Origin: Vicugna vicugna | Lineage: Eukaryota | Reading direction: 5' to 3' | Assembly: GCA_013265495.1 (NCBI GenBank) | Contig: MU058257.1 | Location: forward strand, 1,443,262 to 1,507,261 | Length of the DNA stretch: 64,000 nucleotides | In this document: in pieces, positions 28,098 through 40,020 of the stretch | How the letters are laid out: each line of letters begins with the position of its first letter | Numbering within the stretch: position 1 is the first letter of the stretch | The notes under the pieces: generated by a model | Database searches by the model: none | Told to the model about the DNA's origin: nothing | Seen by the model: the letters and a program-made list of their open reading frames with translations, nothing else | Translations under genes and position numbers: made by a program

Positions 28098-29689
28098 AGC
28101 CACGTGTGCCAGAGCCCAGCCCGTGGAGGAGGGGCCGGGCCACCTGCACAGTATTCCTCTGAGTCACTTCTGCAGGTGAGCACACGAGTTGCTGGTGGGA
28201 TGTGCAGGTGGGAGGATCCTGTCAAAAGCATCTGAACCCGGAACCCCCTTCAGATACAGAACTCACAACATCAGTGAGAGCTCGGGGTTGGGTTCAATTT
28301 TCGGAGGAAGGCTGCCTCTGCCTCCCGGGCTGGAGCCATTCACCCTGACCTGCTCCCCGGGGCCCCACAGGCCCTCTCCCGAGGCCCCCAACGGCCGAGG
28401 TGATGCACTCACTGCCCATCTGTGCTCCAATACACCCACCTCCAAATCCCCCGAAGCTGGCCTCACGCCTAGGCTCCAGCAGGCCCCCGGTAAGTATTTG
28501 TGAAATGTACGAATTAAAGCTTTCACCTCACCATTACTCTAAACCCATACACACCCCATAACCAGACTTCAAAACAATCCACCCAGTTAGGATTGGTTCT
28601 TTCCCAGTAAAACAGCCAGTTAATTTCACTGCCCACGTGACTCCTGTGGACCGTATGCAGCTGCAGGACTACGCGCTGGCGTTGGGGTCACGTGACCGGG
28701 CGGCTGATGGGGACACAGAGGCAGGACTGGACACGGTGGGAGAAGGAAGCGGCTCCCTTGAGAGGCAACCAGGACCAGGGGCCACCGCCGGCCCGTGCCA
28801 GGTACCTGCCCTTCCTGCTGGAGCACCTGTCCAGGGACACACTGCCCCGCCACCCTTCACAGGCTGCAGGCCTCTGGGCCCCAGATCTGCGGCTCTCACT
28901 GGCCAGTTTGCAGAGGAGCAGGGAAAGTTAATCTTTAAAAGGACGCTTATCATGGAGTGCTGAAATAGCAACGGCCCACTGGGAGGCTTCCTGCTCATTC
29001 ACACTCACCTTGAACTGGAGACACATCTGACCACGGCGATCGCCCTTCCCCCTTCCCTGCTGTGCTCAGGACAAGCCAGGTGTGCAGCAGACACCGAGCT
29101 ACACAGATGACCGCCAGTGCTGTGCCCACGGCGTGGCGATGCTCCAGAAAGACACCAGAGGGAAACCACTGTCCTGGGAGAGCACCTGTGACCACGGTTT
29201 ACTTTCTTAAAACTGTTCCAGAATCAACCTAGACTGCGATGAAGGAGTAGATGCACTCGTTCTCTCAACTCAAAACGTTTTTAGCGCTTTATTCTAAATG
29301 GAGACAGAATTAAAAAGGAAAGAAAAGAAACCTGAAATTCTCGGAAGTGGAGAGCACAGCTGAGAGGCTTTGCTAACGGCTAACATCAGCTCTAAGAGCA
29401 GGAATGAGGTAAGTCCCTGCAAGCAGTGCTGGGTGTCTGCCAAGGCGGGGGCTGAGGATCCCGGACAGGCGCGCGAAGCAAAGGAGCCGGAGAGACAGGG
29501 ACAGCCCAGCAGGGCAAGGCCCCAGGGCGGAGCGCATCCCAGCACGGGCAGGTGCCCGCACGGGCGCAAGGACGCAGCCAGGGCCAGAGAGACGGGGGCA
29601 GAGGAGACACCAGAGGATTAGTTGAGGAAGCGGAGGCTGAGAACGTATTCTCAGGAAAAGAATGGCCTCAACTGTTTTGAGAGAGAAAA

Positions 29690-29845
29690 ACACACAGGGA
29701 GTTCTATTCAATGCCTTGTGGTGCCTGTAATGAAAAATATGAAAACAAATGTATGTATGCACATACGTGACTGAAACAGGACGCTGGCCACCAGAAACTG
29801 ACACATTGTAACTGACTGAACTTCAATTAAAAAAAAAACTAAAAT
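29690..29845 (+). mobile_element. Very short L1 3' end (lineage-specific type)
   Basis: cacagggagttctattcaatgccttgtgg...ccagaaactgacacattgtaactgactgaacttcaattaaaaaaaaaa. Confidence 0.75.
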
Positions 29846-30429
29846 AGCAAAAGAGAAAAAAAGAGAGGAAAATAAATGAAGCAGCAGAGATGCAGCAAGA
29901 TCTGAGGCACAAGATGGTGTGGAGACAGGGAGGGAGGACAAGGCGTGGAGTCAGGAGGGGGTCAGAGCGCTGCCAGGCCTGCAGGGCCCTCCTGAAGGAA
30001 GAGCAAGAGTGAAACTGGGGTCTTGTCGGCATCACCAGCGATCCAGATGCGGCGCAGACAGGTGCGAGGGGCGGCTGTGGACAAGGGATGGGGCAGTGGT
30101 CATTTTTAATTAACAATGAAAGTTCTGAGTCCTTAAGAATTATTTTGAGGAGAGAAGGGACCAAGACAAAGGAAGCTGCAGAAATCAAGGCGGAACAAAA
30201 GCCAGGTCCCAAGGTGCTCAGTCCCGCACCCCCTGCCAGCGGCAGGGCCTGCATTTTCAGAGCTACAGCCACTTCATGTGATGATCACAGCAGCCTCAGC
30301 CCCACACAGGTCTGGGGCAGCAGGACACGGGAAGAGGCTCAGGGGGGCCCAGGGGCCCGGCAGAGGGGCAGGAACGTGGCCGGCCCTCGATGGGGCTGGC
30401 GTTCCAATCCAGCGGCTCTTCCTTCGCCC

Positions 30430-30570
30430 ACCACGTGGCCTTGGTGACTGGTTCCTCTCCCCACCTGTGGGTTTCATTTTTTCAACCATCAAATGGGTTA
30501 GAAAGAGCACCCACCTGCAGGGTGATGCGGAGCATTAGCGGGGAGAGTAATGCTCTGGGCAGCAGCGCTC
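30430..30570 (+). mobile_element. MIR fragment
   Basis: gtggccttggtgactggttcctctcc...tttcattttttcaaccatcaaatggg...cccacctgcagggtgatgcggagcatta. Confidence 0.6.
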
Positions 30571-33500
30571 ACTGACCACACACGGCAGCGGACGCATGCC
30601 ACCAGAGGGGGCTCGTCTCCTAAAGGAAGTCGTAATGGCCAGCCCAGCACCCCGATTCAGAACCGAGGGCCAGAAGGTGACCACAGATCATCCTCTGAAT
30701 TAACCGGAAGACCAGGAAGAGAGAGACCCCAGCACAGGAGGGGGTGTTCTGCAGTCAGTTTGTGTCCGTTCCGTTCGTTGCAAACTCCTGTTCTTTCTTC
30801 AGGGACTAGAATTATTACATAAACCAAAAGATCATGAGCTAGAGACGCGATGTTTTCCATGAAGAAGAGAAGTCGGTTACCTTGTAAACACGACACACGT
30901 TGTGGGAGACACAGGGCTGGGCTGCCCCCTCCCACTCCGGTCAAGCCCCACCTCACTTCACAGTCAGGACCCCTCTGCCCATGGGCTGGGAGGGAAATGG
31001 GAGCTCTGGGGCACCCCTACAGGGGGGTCAGGCCGCACGCTGAACCCCGCGGGGTGGCCAACACAAGGAGGAGGCCGGACACAAGGCCACTGTCTCCAGG
31101 CAGGTGTTCACAGAGCTTGTGAGCAGTAAAACCAAGCTTCTGGCCTCTTTAGGGATGGAATCTTACACGGTCTCCTGGAGCCTGACATTTGCGGCTTCGG
31201 AAGACATTAATAAGGCAATTTTAACATTTACTCCTTGCTTGAATCCACGACCCGTTGACCACATAACCCCCAGCCAGAAGGTTGGGCCCCGTCTGACATG
31301 AAGCATTTAATCTGATATCACCTCATCTTTTCTGCAAGTCTGATGTAACAGAAAATACTTAAATCACTTACGGCTCCTAAGAGCAGAGAAAACAGCGCCT
31401 CTACAGCAGAGAACACGATGTAGCTGAGTGCAAAAGGTCTGTCGTCTGGGGACTAGCTCCTCGGCCACAGACCGGCTTGGGAAGCTACATCACCTCCCCA
31501 AGACGGGGACAAGCAGGCGCCCCGCCCCGGGTGGTCACTGCACCGAAACCCAGAACGTCACAGTCACCACTGTCCCCAGCAATTCTATTCACTTGTTTAT
31601 CTGTTCACCCAGCAAACACACTGTCTCAGTCTGGACTCCAACAGAAGAGACAAGGGTTCAGGGAGGTGGTCTGGAGGGACTCTGGTCGGGAGGCAGTGAT
31701 GAGGGCAGGAGAGGTAGCCGAAAGGACGTCCCCAAGCCTGTCCCGCTGCGGGCCGGGCGCACGCGATGTGTGGGCAAACCCTGGGAGCAGGGAGGAGGGA
31801 CAAGGCCTCCCACCTGCACCAGGCTCAGGGCGCTCCCGGCCTGACCCACTGTGGGCTCTGATGTCCACAGGGCTGGGTGGGGCCCGCAATGCCACATTTG
31901 TGACAGGCCCCCAGGACCTGCCGTGCACTCTCAGGGAAAAGGGCGCAGGCTCACACCTGAGCACCCTAGCCCTATGCTGCGGGGCCTGGAGCACACTCAC
32001 GCCAGCTTTCTCCGGGCATCCCACAATGAGGCTGGGGCGGCACTGAAGGGGGACGGCGCCCCAGCACCCCTCACACTCACTGGGCACCAGCGATGCACCA
32101 GGCAGCCCACGAGGGATTCAGCCAGGAGAAAGGGCTGACGGTCCCTGCCACGGCCAACATCTTATTAAACCAAGTAAGTGGGAGGCGCGGCATGTCAGGG
32201 CGTGGTAAGTGAAGAAGGAAAATAATGCCAGAAAGTGGGGCAGGACGTGTCCCGGGGGAGGGGCCGTCTGCGGTACTGGGCAGGCCCCTGAGAAGCTGAC
32301 AGTTGCGTAAAGACACTGTAGGTCCAAGAGTGAACCCTAACCATTGCAGAAAAGATTATTCGGGTGGAGGACAGAGTGGGATCAGAGGCTGGACCGGCGG
32401 CAGCTCAGGGAAGAGGCAGGGAAGTCAGAGTGACGTCCACAGAGGGAAGGGGGGACGAGGTGAGAGGCTGGGGGCAGATGGATCCTGCAGACCCACTGGG
32501 AGACAGAGCCTTTCTGCTTTCACTCCAGGACTTGGAAGGCTCCGGGGGGTTGAGAGAAGGGACAGGCGGTGACTTGCAGCTGCAGAGTAAGGGACACACA
32601 GCAGGGAGCAGGGAGGGGAGCTGGGGGCTGCTGCCCCTATTCAGGAGGGGGCGGGGCGCTGAACATGCGAGGATCATCAGTTCTGAGCTTAAAGGGTTGG
32701 CTTAGAGCTCGTCTGTCTTAAAGGAAAAAATGTGAGTAGAAAGGTTAAGAGGAGACCTGGTTATTTCACTCTGACATGAAATTTAAGCTAATCTTCATCT
32801 TTTGTTTCCAAACTGGCTATTATTAAACACAGGTCAGAAGAAAACCATCCAACATTCAATTATGTAAGAGGTCACCTCCCCCGTGAATTCTTTAAAAGAC
32901 TGTTGGAGAGGATCAAACCATTGCTTTTATATAATAATCTGTGGCTTGATAAAAACGCACTGGGGAATAACATGTACTTGATCCATTACGTTTAATGTAA
33001 AAGATACAGAGCCTCTAAGGGTAACAAATGAAAACATTCAGAAAGACAACCTCCCATGTATGTAAATGTCATCAGCCAAGCCCGTCTTCCAGGGCACGTT
33101 TCAGTGGAGAGATGGTATTTATTTACCCTGGGTTAGCAAGGACTGAATAGCCACCAGCCTTCAATTTTCACATCAACTGCAGAAAAAGGAATTCCATTTT
33201 CTACACAGTCTGGAATCGAAATTGACTTAGCATCTCAGAACTGTCAAAAATTTCTTTTACGAAAAGGTTTGCTTTACAGAGACTAGAAAGTAGGTGTCAT
33301 CCTTGACATCTGAGTTCTGTATTCAGGCCGCGGGTCTCTGGAAAAGCAGCGTGAAAAAAACATCAGAAAAGGTCTTGGCCAGGCCCGGCAGTCACGCTCG
33401 GAGCCCTGCTGCTCCCGCTGCAGTCAGCTTCCACGCTGGAGGTGTCAGGGGCTCCCCGCTTCAGACTCTAACGAGGACCAGAAGAATCTGCGCGGAGGAT

Positions 33501-34867
33501 GCTCTGGGCCGCCCTGGAACTGCCTCTGACAACAGGTCGGTCTCACACTCATTTTACACTATTTCCATTCAAATTAAAAGAACCATATACAAAGTACAGG
33601 GTTTACAAATTCGCAGCTTATTCCAGGGAAACCTCCCATTGCGTGTACTTCTCTGACGGACCTGTTCTCTGTCCAGATGACAGACAAGAAAAGAAAATGA
33701 TGCAAAATCGCTCTGTTCCAGCGCATTTATTTCCCAGCACAAAGTACTGCTCCTGTGTCCCATTAAATGGGCATCATTTTCGACACGTTTATTTTAACTG
33801 CATCCCTGAACCACTAGCAGGGCTGCCATGGGTGGTGTTTAATTTTTACCAGTGAGAACCGGTCCCATTATTCCACAGGGCAGTTGGGCCCCAGTCCAAT
33901 CCACAAGCCCTGGTATCTCTGACATGAGCAAATCGCCCTGAAATGACAGGCAGGAGGGCTGAGCTGGCCGGGGAGGGGGCAGGAGTGGGGCTGCCAATGG
34001 CAACCAGGGCAGAGCAGAGCAGAGGTGAGTCCTCCTCCCCGGCCCCCGCCCCAGCACCACAGTACCACTTATCGGTGCTCTTCCTCACCAGCCCCACATT
34101 TCTCTTGTCACAGGACGCGGCTCTAGCATTCTCAGGAAACAGGGCTCACTGTGTCGTCTCTCTGACATCCCGCGGGGGCCATGAAGGAGGAAAGGCTTGT
34201 GGCCCAAGGCTTCACTCCAAAGGAAGAACCGTCTAAGATCCACAGCGGGAGGTTTCACATCTGGGATTGCAACACCTGGAGATGGCAGCTCTTCCCAGAA
34301 ACATTTTCATAAAAGAGCGTGTGCTCGCACGCCCTGGGTCCCAGCAAACCTCGGATTACCATCTGCCCAAGTCTCTGCTTCCTCCCGCTGGAAGAGCTGG
34401 AAGGTCCAGCAGAACCCGAGCACAGACATCCTTTCCTCAGCCCCGCCCCCATATTCCTCTCAACTGCGTAATCCACTGGCCAGAAAGTCCCTTTCGAACC
34501 GGCCCCCAGGTCCATCACCTGATGGGTGCCACTCCCGACCCACATGCCTCAGTGTCCACGGACTCTCTCCTCCACCTGCCCGTGTCCCCAGCCACGTGTC
34601 ACACAACGAAACCGAACAGGGACATTCATGCTTCCAGAGCCCCAACCTCACACCTGACGCAGTGCTGCTGGGTTCAGAAACATGCCAGGAGCATGGGGTT
34701 CCCACCAAGAAAAAGGGCCAAGAAAGCAGAGAGGGAAACGAGGAGGGGCAGAAGCACGTCTCTGCTTCGCCCGGCTGGACTTCAACCCCCAGCTTGCCCT
34801 GCAGAACAAAGAGGTTCCAAATCCACAATGACAGAAATCACCAAACGTCCAAACTGCTGACGTCGTA

Positions 34868-34916
34868 AACAAAACTTGTCAACAGCCACGAAGAATTCGT
34901 TAAAAGTACATTTATT
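34868..34916 (-). terminator. Polyadenylation signal of the alternative last exon
   Basis: AATAAA on the minus strand at 34916-34911, about 90 nt after the stop, preceded by a U-rich tract and followed by a GU/U-rich element (ttcttcgtggctgttgacaagttttgttt). Confidence 0.75.
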
Positions 34917-35007
34917 GTTTTCTTTATAAAAAAAAAAAACAACAAAAACAAAAAACCGACAGACAAGTGTGCAATGTGTGCTTCTTAAGACAGTGTGCCT
35001 CTGGAGG

Positions 35008-35038
35008 TCATCTCTTCTCGGGCTTCCGTTTGGCCAGG
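35008..35038 (-). CDS. PARD3: PARD3 alternative last exon, coding part (S)LAKRKPEKR-stop
   Basis: Branch point CTCACTAAC (35075-35067), pyrimidine tract, tttag|C acceptor, in frame with the phase-2 donor at 39330, TGA at 35010-35008; matches the recalled short-isoform ending SLAKLKPEKR. Confidence 0.9.
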
Positions 35039-36556
35039 CTAAACGGGAGACACGGGACAGACACACGTTAGTGAGCACAGGAGGGCGCGGGCCGCGCTGC
35101 TGGCAGGGGCCTGAGCGGCGGTGCCGGGACCGTGGCGTCGAGCTCTGCGGCCCGGCCCTGCCCCTGGGTCCTGACAACGGGCGTCTTCTAAAAAGGGAGA
35201 GGCGGCAGTGTACCTGACTTCCACCAAACAAGGCTTCCGACTAACTGACCCGTTTCCTGGTGCGGAACCGAATCAAAACCGTGCACCCGGGCCCAAGGAA
35301 GCACTTTCGGTGTGGCTGCAGGATTCAGCTGTGACGGGAGCCAGGATGCATGACTTCACTTTAGCAGCCTGTGTGATGGCCCTGGCTCCCCCACCCCCCG
35401 ACTGTGTGCACACCACACGGTGCACCGGAGGCATAGGCCGGGCACGTCCAGGAACCTCCGTGGTTCAGAGGGCAGGGTTCAAGGACATTTGAAAGTGGGC
35501 AATTTAATTCTGGGGGCAAAGTAGTATCAAATTACACTTATTTCAGAGCTTAAAAAAAAGGAATACATAATTTTAAACTGCTTCCTATCTGAGAATACTG
35601 TCCTAAATATGGACTTTATTATCTTGTTGATCATTTTGATCTGGAGATGGAAACTAACGCAAAAACATGGTGCGTAAAAGCACAGCTGCCTTCCTTTAAA
35701 AATGGACACATTTAAGACCTGAAACAACAGATCTCTCCTTCTAAAATAAAGACTTGGCTCCCTCTTTAGTGACAGTTCAGGAGTTGCAGAATGCTAAGAC
35801 ATGTTTCATGTATTAAATCTGAGTAGCCACGCATCCCAGAATCAGATACCTACAAGGGCTCAACGCTTCAGCTCCCCTCTGCCCGCGGTCCTCACATCAG
35901 CCAGTCAGCTGCCTGTTTTGTGGAGAAACTCAGTTTCTCAGGTACAAAGCCCTGTCATCAGGGCTATGGCAGCGCCTCAGGTGCAGAGAGGATGGGGCAG
36001 ACCGAGGAGAAACGCGGACAAATACGAAACGCCTGGCGCTCGTGACTCGATTCCTTACAGGCTGCACTGCGGGAAGGAAAGCCTGTACCACGGCAGCCGA
36101 GCACGCCACGCGCCCCATTGTGGATAACAGAGGGGCGGCCCCAGAACCGCAGCACCCTCTCCCCGAGCTGTTTATCAACAATCGGACCACGCCTGTGCCC
36201 GCCGTTCAGCGTGTGAAGTCGAAAGCCAGGGCGCCTGTCTGCACCAGAGACTAACACACCTATCCCAGGAGCCACGCTTCCCTTGGGTACAGGTTTGAAG
36301 GCATGATACATCTATTTGGCACCCAACAAATTTAGCCAAAAATCAAGACAGCGTACGGGGTAGGGACAGGGTGTGCGTGTTTGGGGGCTGCAGGGAGGGA
36401 CGTGGTGGGGAGGAGAGCCTGTGAGCCTGTTTCTGAAGGAAAACTTACTGTTACTGCCTCAAGCAACTAAAGAGGAAAGCGCTCACGCCCAGAAAGCCAG
36501 CGTCGTCCCCCCCAACCCCGGCTAAGTGAGCCAAAGGCCAGAGACAAACTGCAACA

Positions 36557-36559
36557 ACA

Positions 36560-36590
<31 letters not shown>

Positions 36591-36600
36591 GCGCGCGCAC
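36557..36600. repeat. (AC)10(GC)11 compound microsatellite
   Basis: Read directly: 44 nt of unbroken purine-pyrimidine alternation. Confidence 0.95.
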
Positions 36601-39328
36601 CTGCTCCGGACACCTGCAGGCCTCCGTTGGGCACCACACTTCAGTCTCCTCACAAGGCGTTCTAAGAAGTTATTTGCCCAAGCACATTCCAATTAAGCTA
36701 TTTCAAGGCAACACTGCTAAGGAAATCACATCCTATTCTCCATAAAAGAATAAAGAGACTGATTTTAAAATCTTACTATATTCCCCTGTTATTTAATAAA
36801 AAAAAGGAAAACATAAAAGAATCAATCTGAAAGTCTGTTAGTCTCAAATAATTAGATCCAGTAGGCACAGAAAGCAGTAAAAAAAATGTTTTGAAAAGTC
36901 TAACAATGCTTTGAGCATCTTCTCAGATACTAAGGACATAGCATAATGCTGTGAAGGATTGAGAGCCAAGAGACAATCAAACAAAAAGCTCATTTTAGTC
37001 CAACAGAGTATTCTCAACTCATTTTCAAGGAGCAGCATTCGGGAAGCTTCAGCCACTTCCCGAAAGGAAATCACGTTCCAGGGAACCGGACAAGATGCTG
37101 CAACCCGCTCACAATAAACCTGCGTTCCCCATGTGGCAGTGTGGCGCTCTCCTGGGAGAAAAGGCTCTGTTCTGTGGAATTCATACACTTTCCGGGGTGA
37201 CAGCATTCCCTGCGTGGCTGACTTTCAGCCACTAGCATTTAGTGTTAATACAGCACAAACACACCCAGTGTAAACAGCCTCAAAGGCAGGGATCGCAGCA
37301 AAATGCAGTAAAACAACAAGGGAGTGATGAGTTTCCGTATTAATTACCTTTGCTTTTTATAGAACTGATCTAATTTTTAATAACGTCTGGGTTTAACAAC
37401 CAGCTGCCAGAATTTCTAAAAATTGAACATTTGGTTCTCATAAGCCAGTGTGGACCGACTCCAGCAAATCATTCCCAAGAAGTGTGGATGTCCGGGATCT
37501 TCTTCGTGGCCATTCTTAAAAGACTGGGAGAATGTGAGCTTAGTTTTCAAAAAATAACCTTCAGCCCTTGCACTTAAACACAGAGCCTGATTTTCAAAAA
37601 TACGCAGGCCTTCGAAGTGACAGTGGGTCATGGCTGGCTCTCACTCTAGGCTGTGGGTACAACCTAGAGAATTCGGTCCAGAAAAAACATCAGAGAGCGT
37701 TTTACACAACTTTTCACAAAAAGGGGGTTGGGTTAGGCTGCGCTCAGGGTCCCTTTGAAACAATATAAATTTCACCATGGCCCCCACACTCTCCACCCCT
37801 CTGGCCCCCAAAGAAAACGCTACTGTGAAGCCTCTCTTATCCAGGGGCTGCAAGTTACAGGAAAACATTCTGTGTAACTAAAATAATGTATATTATAGTT
37901 TGTAAAATAAAAGAAGTTGGCTCATCTGTCATTCCACAGGAGGAGCAGACCACATCCAGCACACACGGTATGGAAGCTGCCACCGTCAGCCTTCAGGGGA
38001 CGCCGCCCGGGACAGCAGGGCCCAGGAGACGACACTGTGCTCCAGGCTGGGTGGCCAGTCCAAGGGCAGCTTCCCCCCCACTTCACACTCCGATTTAAAG
38101 AAGACGGTGGTGCACATTCCCTCAATGTTGACGGATGGGCAGCCGCCCTATTTCTGTGCCAGACGGCGGTGCCCGGCTACGAGCTGTCAGTTTGCATCTG
38201 TGGAACAAAGGGCCCTCCGCCTAACACACAGGCTGAGACAAAGGGGCCGTGAGGGCAGGTCCACCTTGAGTGTCCCGGAGGCGGGCTCTAATGAGGGGCG
38301 CTCAGAAGGAGCGCTGCGCAAACAGGGAGAACTGAAGGGAAAGACGAGATTCCCAGATGCTGCAGCAGGGAGGAGGGACCTGCGCTCGTGCTGAGCCTGC
38401 GGGGGATGCCGTCGGGGAGCCAGGCGAGGGTCACCCACGTCTGATGGCTCCTGCTGCTGCCCGTGACTTAGACGGACCCCCAGGGCACGTCTGCTGGGTG
38501 TGCAGCCTGTGGGCTGGGCCCACGTCCTCAACTTGTCTGCGGCTCCCTGAGTTATGGAGCACAAACTCGGGACCATAAATCAGGGAATTCTACAAAAATA
38601 AAGACCCTTTTGCACGTTTTGCAATTAAAAACAAAAAGCTACAAGGAAGGGACGCGTGGTGCCGGATGGAGTATTTTGAAGACTCACGTGCCTACACCGT
38701 ATGTTTTCCATTTTAAACCATCAACTTGATATGTTTAGGGGGTTAATTTATGGAACGATCAAGCGATCTTTGATACTTAACATTAAATACCTGAATATTA
38801 TCAATCACCTCAGATGAACGTTTACGGGAGAAGTTTCAGAGCAACTTCTGAGTAACTTGTCACTTTTATTGTGCAGCAAGGATTTGTGAAAAATAAATGA
38901 CCGGCTAAGTAATCCGAGAGTATAATTTAGGGGCACAAAAACAGCCGTCAGGGAGCAGGCAGTGACTACGCAGAATGACGTCTCTACTGACTGAAGTCAT
39001 AAGTGTTAAATGAACGCATAGCTTCACTGAAGTTCTGTTGGGCTTGTCAGGGACTCACCTTCACAGGCTACCCAACTAAACACCCAGCCGCTGTTCACAG
39101 GCACGAAGGAATGAACGAGACCCAGCCCTGCGTCCCCACGCCTGCGACGCCCCGGTGGGGCTCAGACCGCCCCCTCCTTCCTCTCTACCACTGTCTACAT
39201 GGCTGGCATCTTTCAGGCTCTTTGAAGGGGTGTGAAATAGCTCAGATGACATCCTCAAGAAAGCAAAAGGCCAGGCGAAGCCGGGGAATCAGAGGAGGCG
39301 CCAGACCTGCGGCCCTCCCCGGCACCTA

Positions 39329-39673
<345 letters not shown>

Positions 39674-39719
39674 TTACTTCTGAGTAGAATCGGGAGGAGT
39701 GTGGTTGTGCATGACGCTG

Positions 39720-39895
39720 CCCGTGTGTGCATGTGCCTTGGGGAAGGGGGGGCCCTTGTGTGCATGCACCTGGGAGCCGGGGCCCTTGTGTGCGTGCGCC
39801 TGGGAGAGGGGGCCCTTGTGTGCGTAAGGGGGCCCTTGTGTGCGTGCGCCTTGGGGGAGGGGGGCCCTTGTGTGCGTGTACCTCAGGGAAGGGGG
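39720..39895. repeat. GC-rich minisatellite, about 30-nt unit, about 6 degenerate copies
   Basis: Core ggcccttgtgtgc recurs at 39751, 39781, 39811, 39831 and 39863. Confidence 0.9.
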
Positions 39896-39913
39896 TGGCC
39901 ACCAGTCACGGAG

Positions 39914-40020
39914 GAACAGCAACAGCAGTAGCAACGGTAACCCTAACAGTGACAGTGACACTGACAACAGACACACTAACACCAACCGTCACTGTGAGGG
40001 TAACAGCGACAGTGGCAGCG
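39914..40020. repeat. Degenerate hexamer repeat (acagYR-like)
   Basis: aacagcaacagcagtagcaacggtaaccctaacagtgacagtgacactgacaacagac...aacagcgacagtggcagc. Confidence 0.7.

Noticed and set aside
39720..39895. CRISPR-like spaced repeats
   Set aside because: Intervening sequences are related to each other, context is a mammalian intron; this is a minisatellite.
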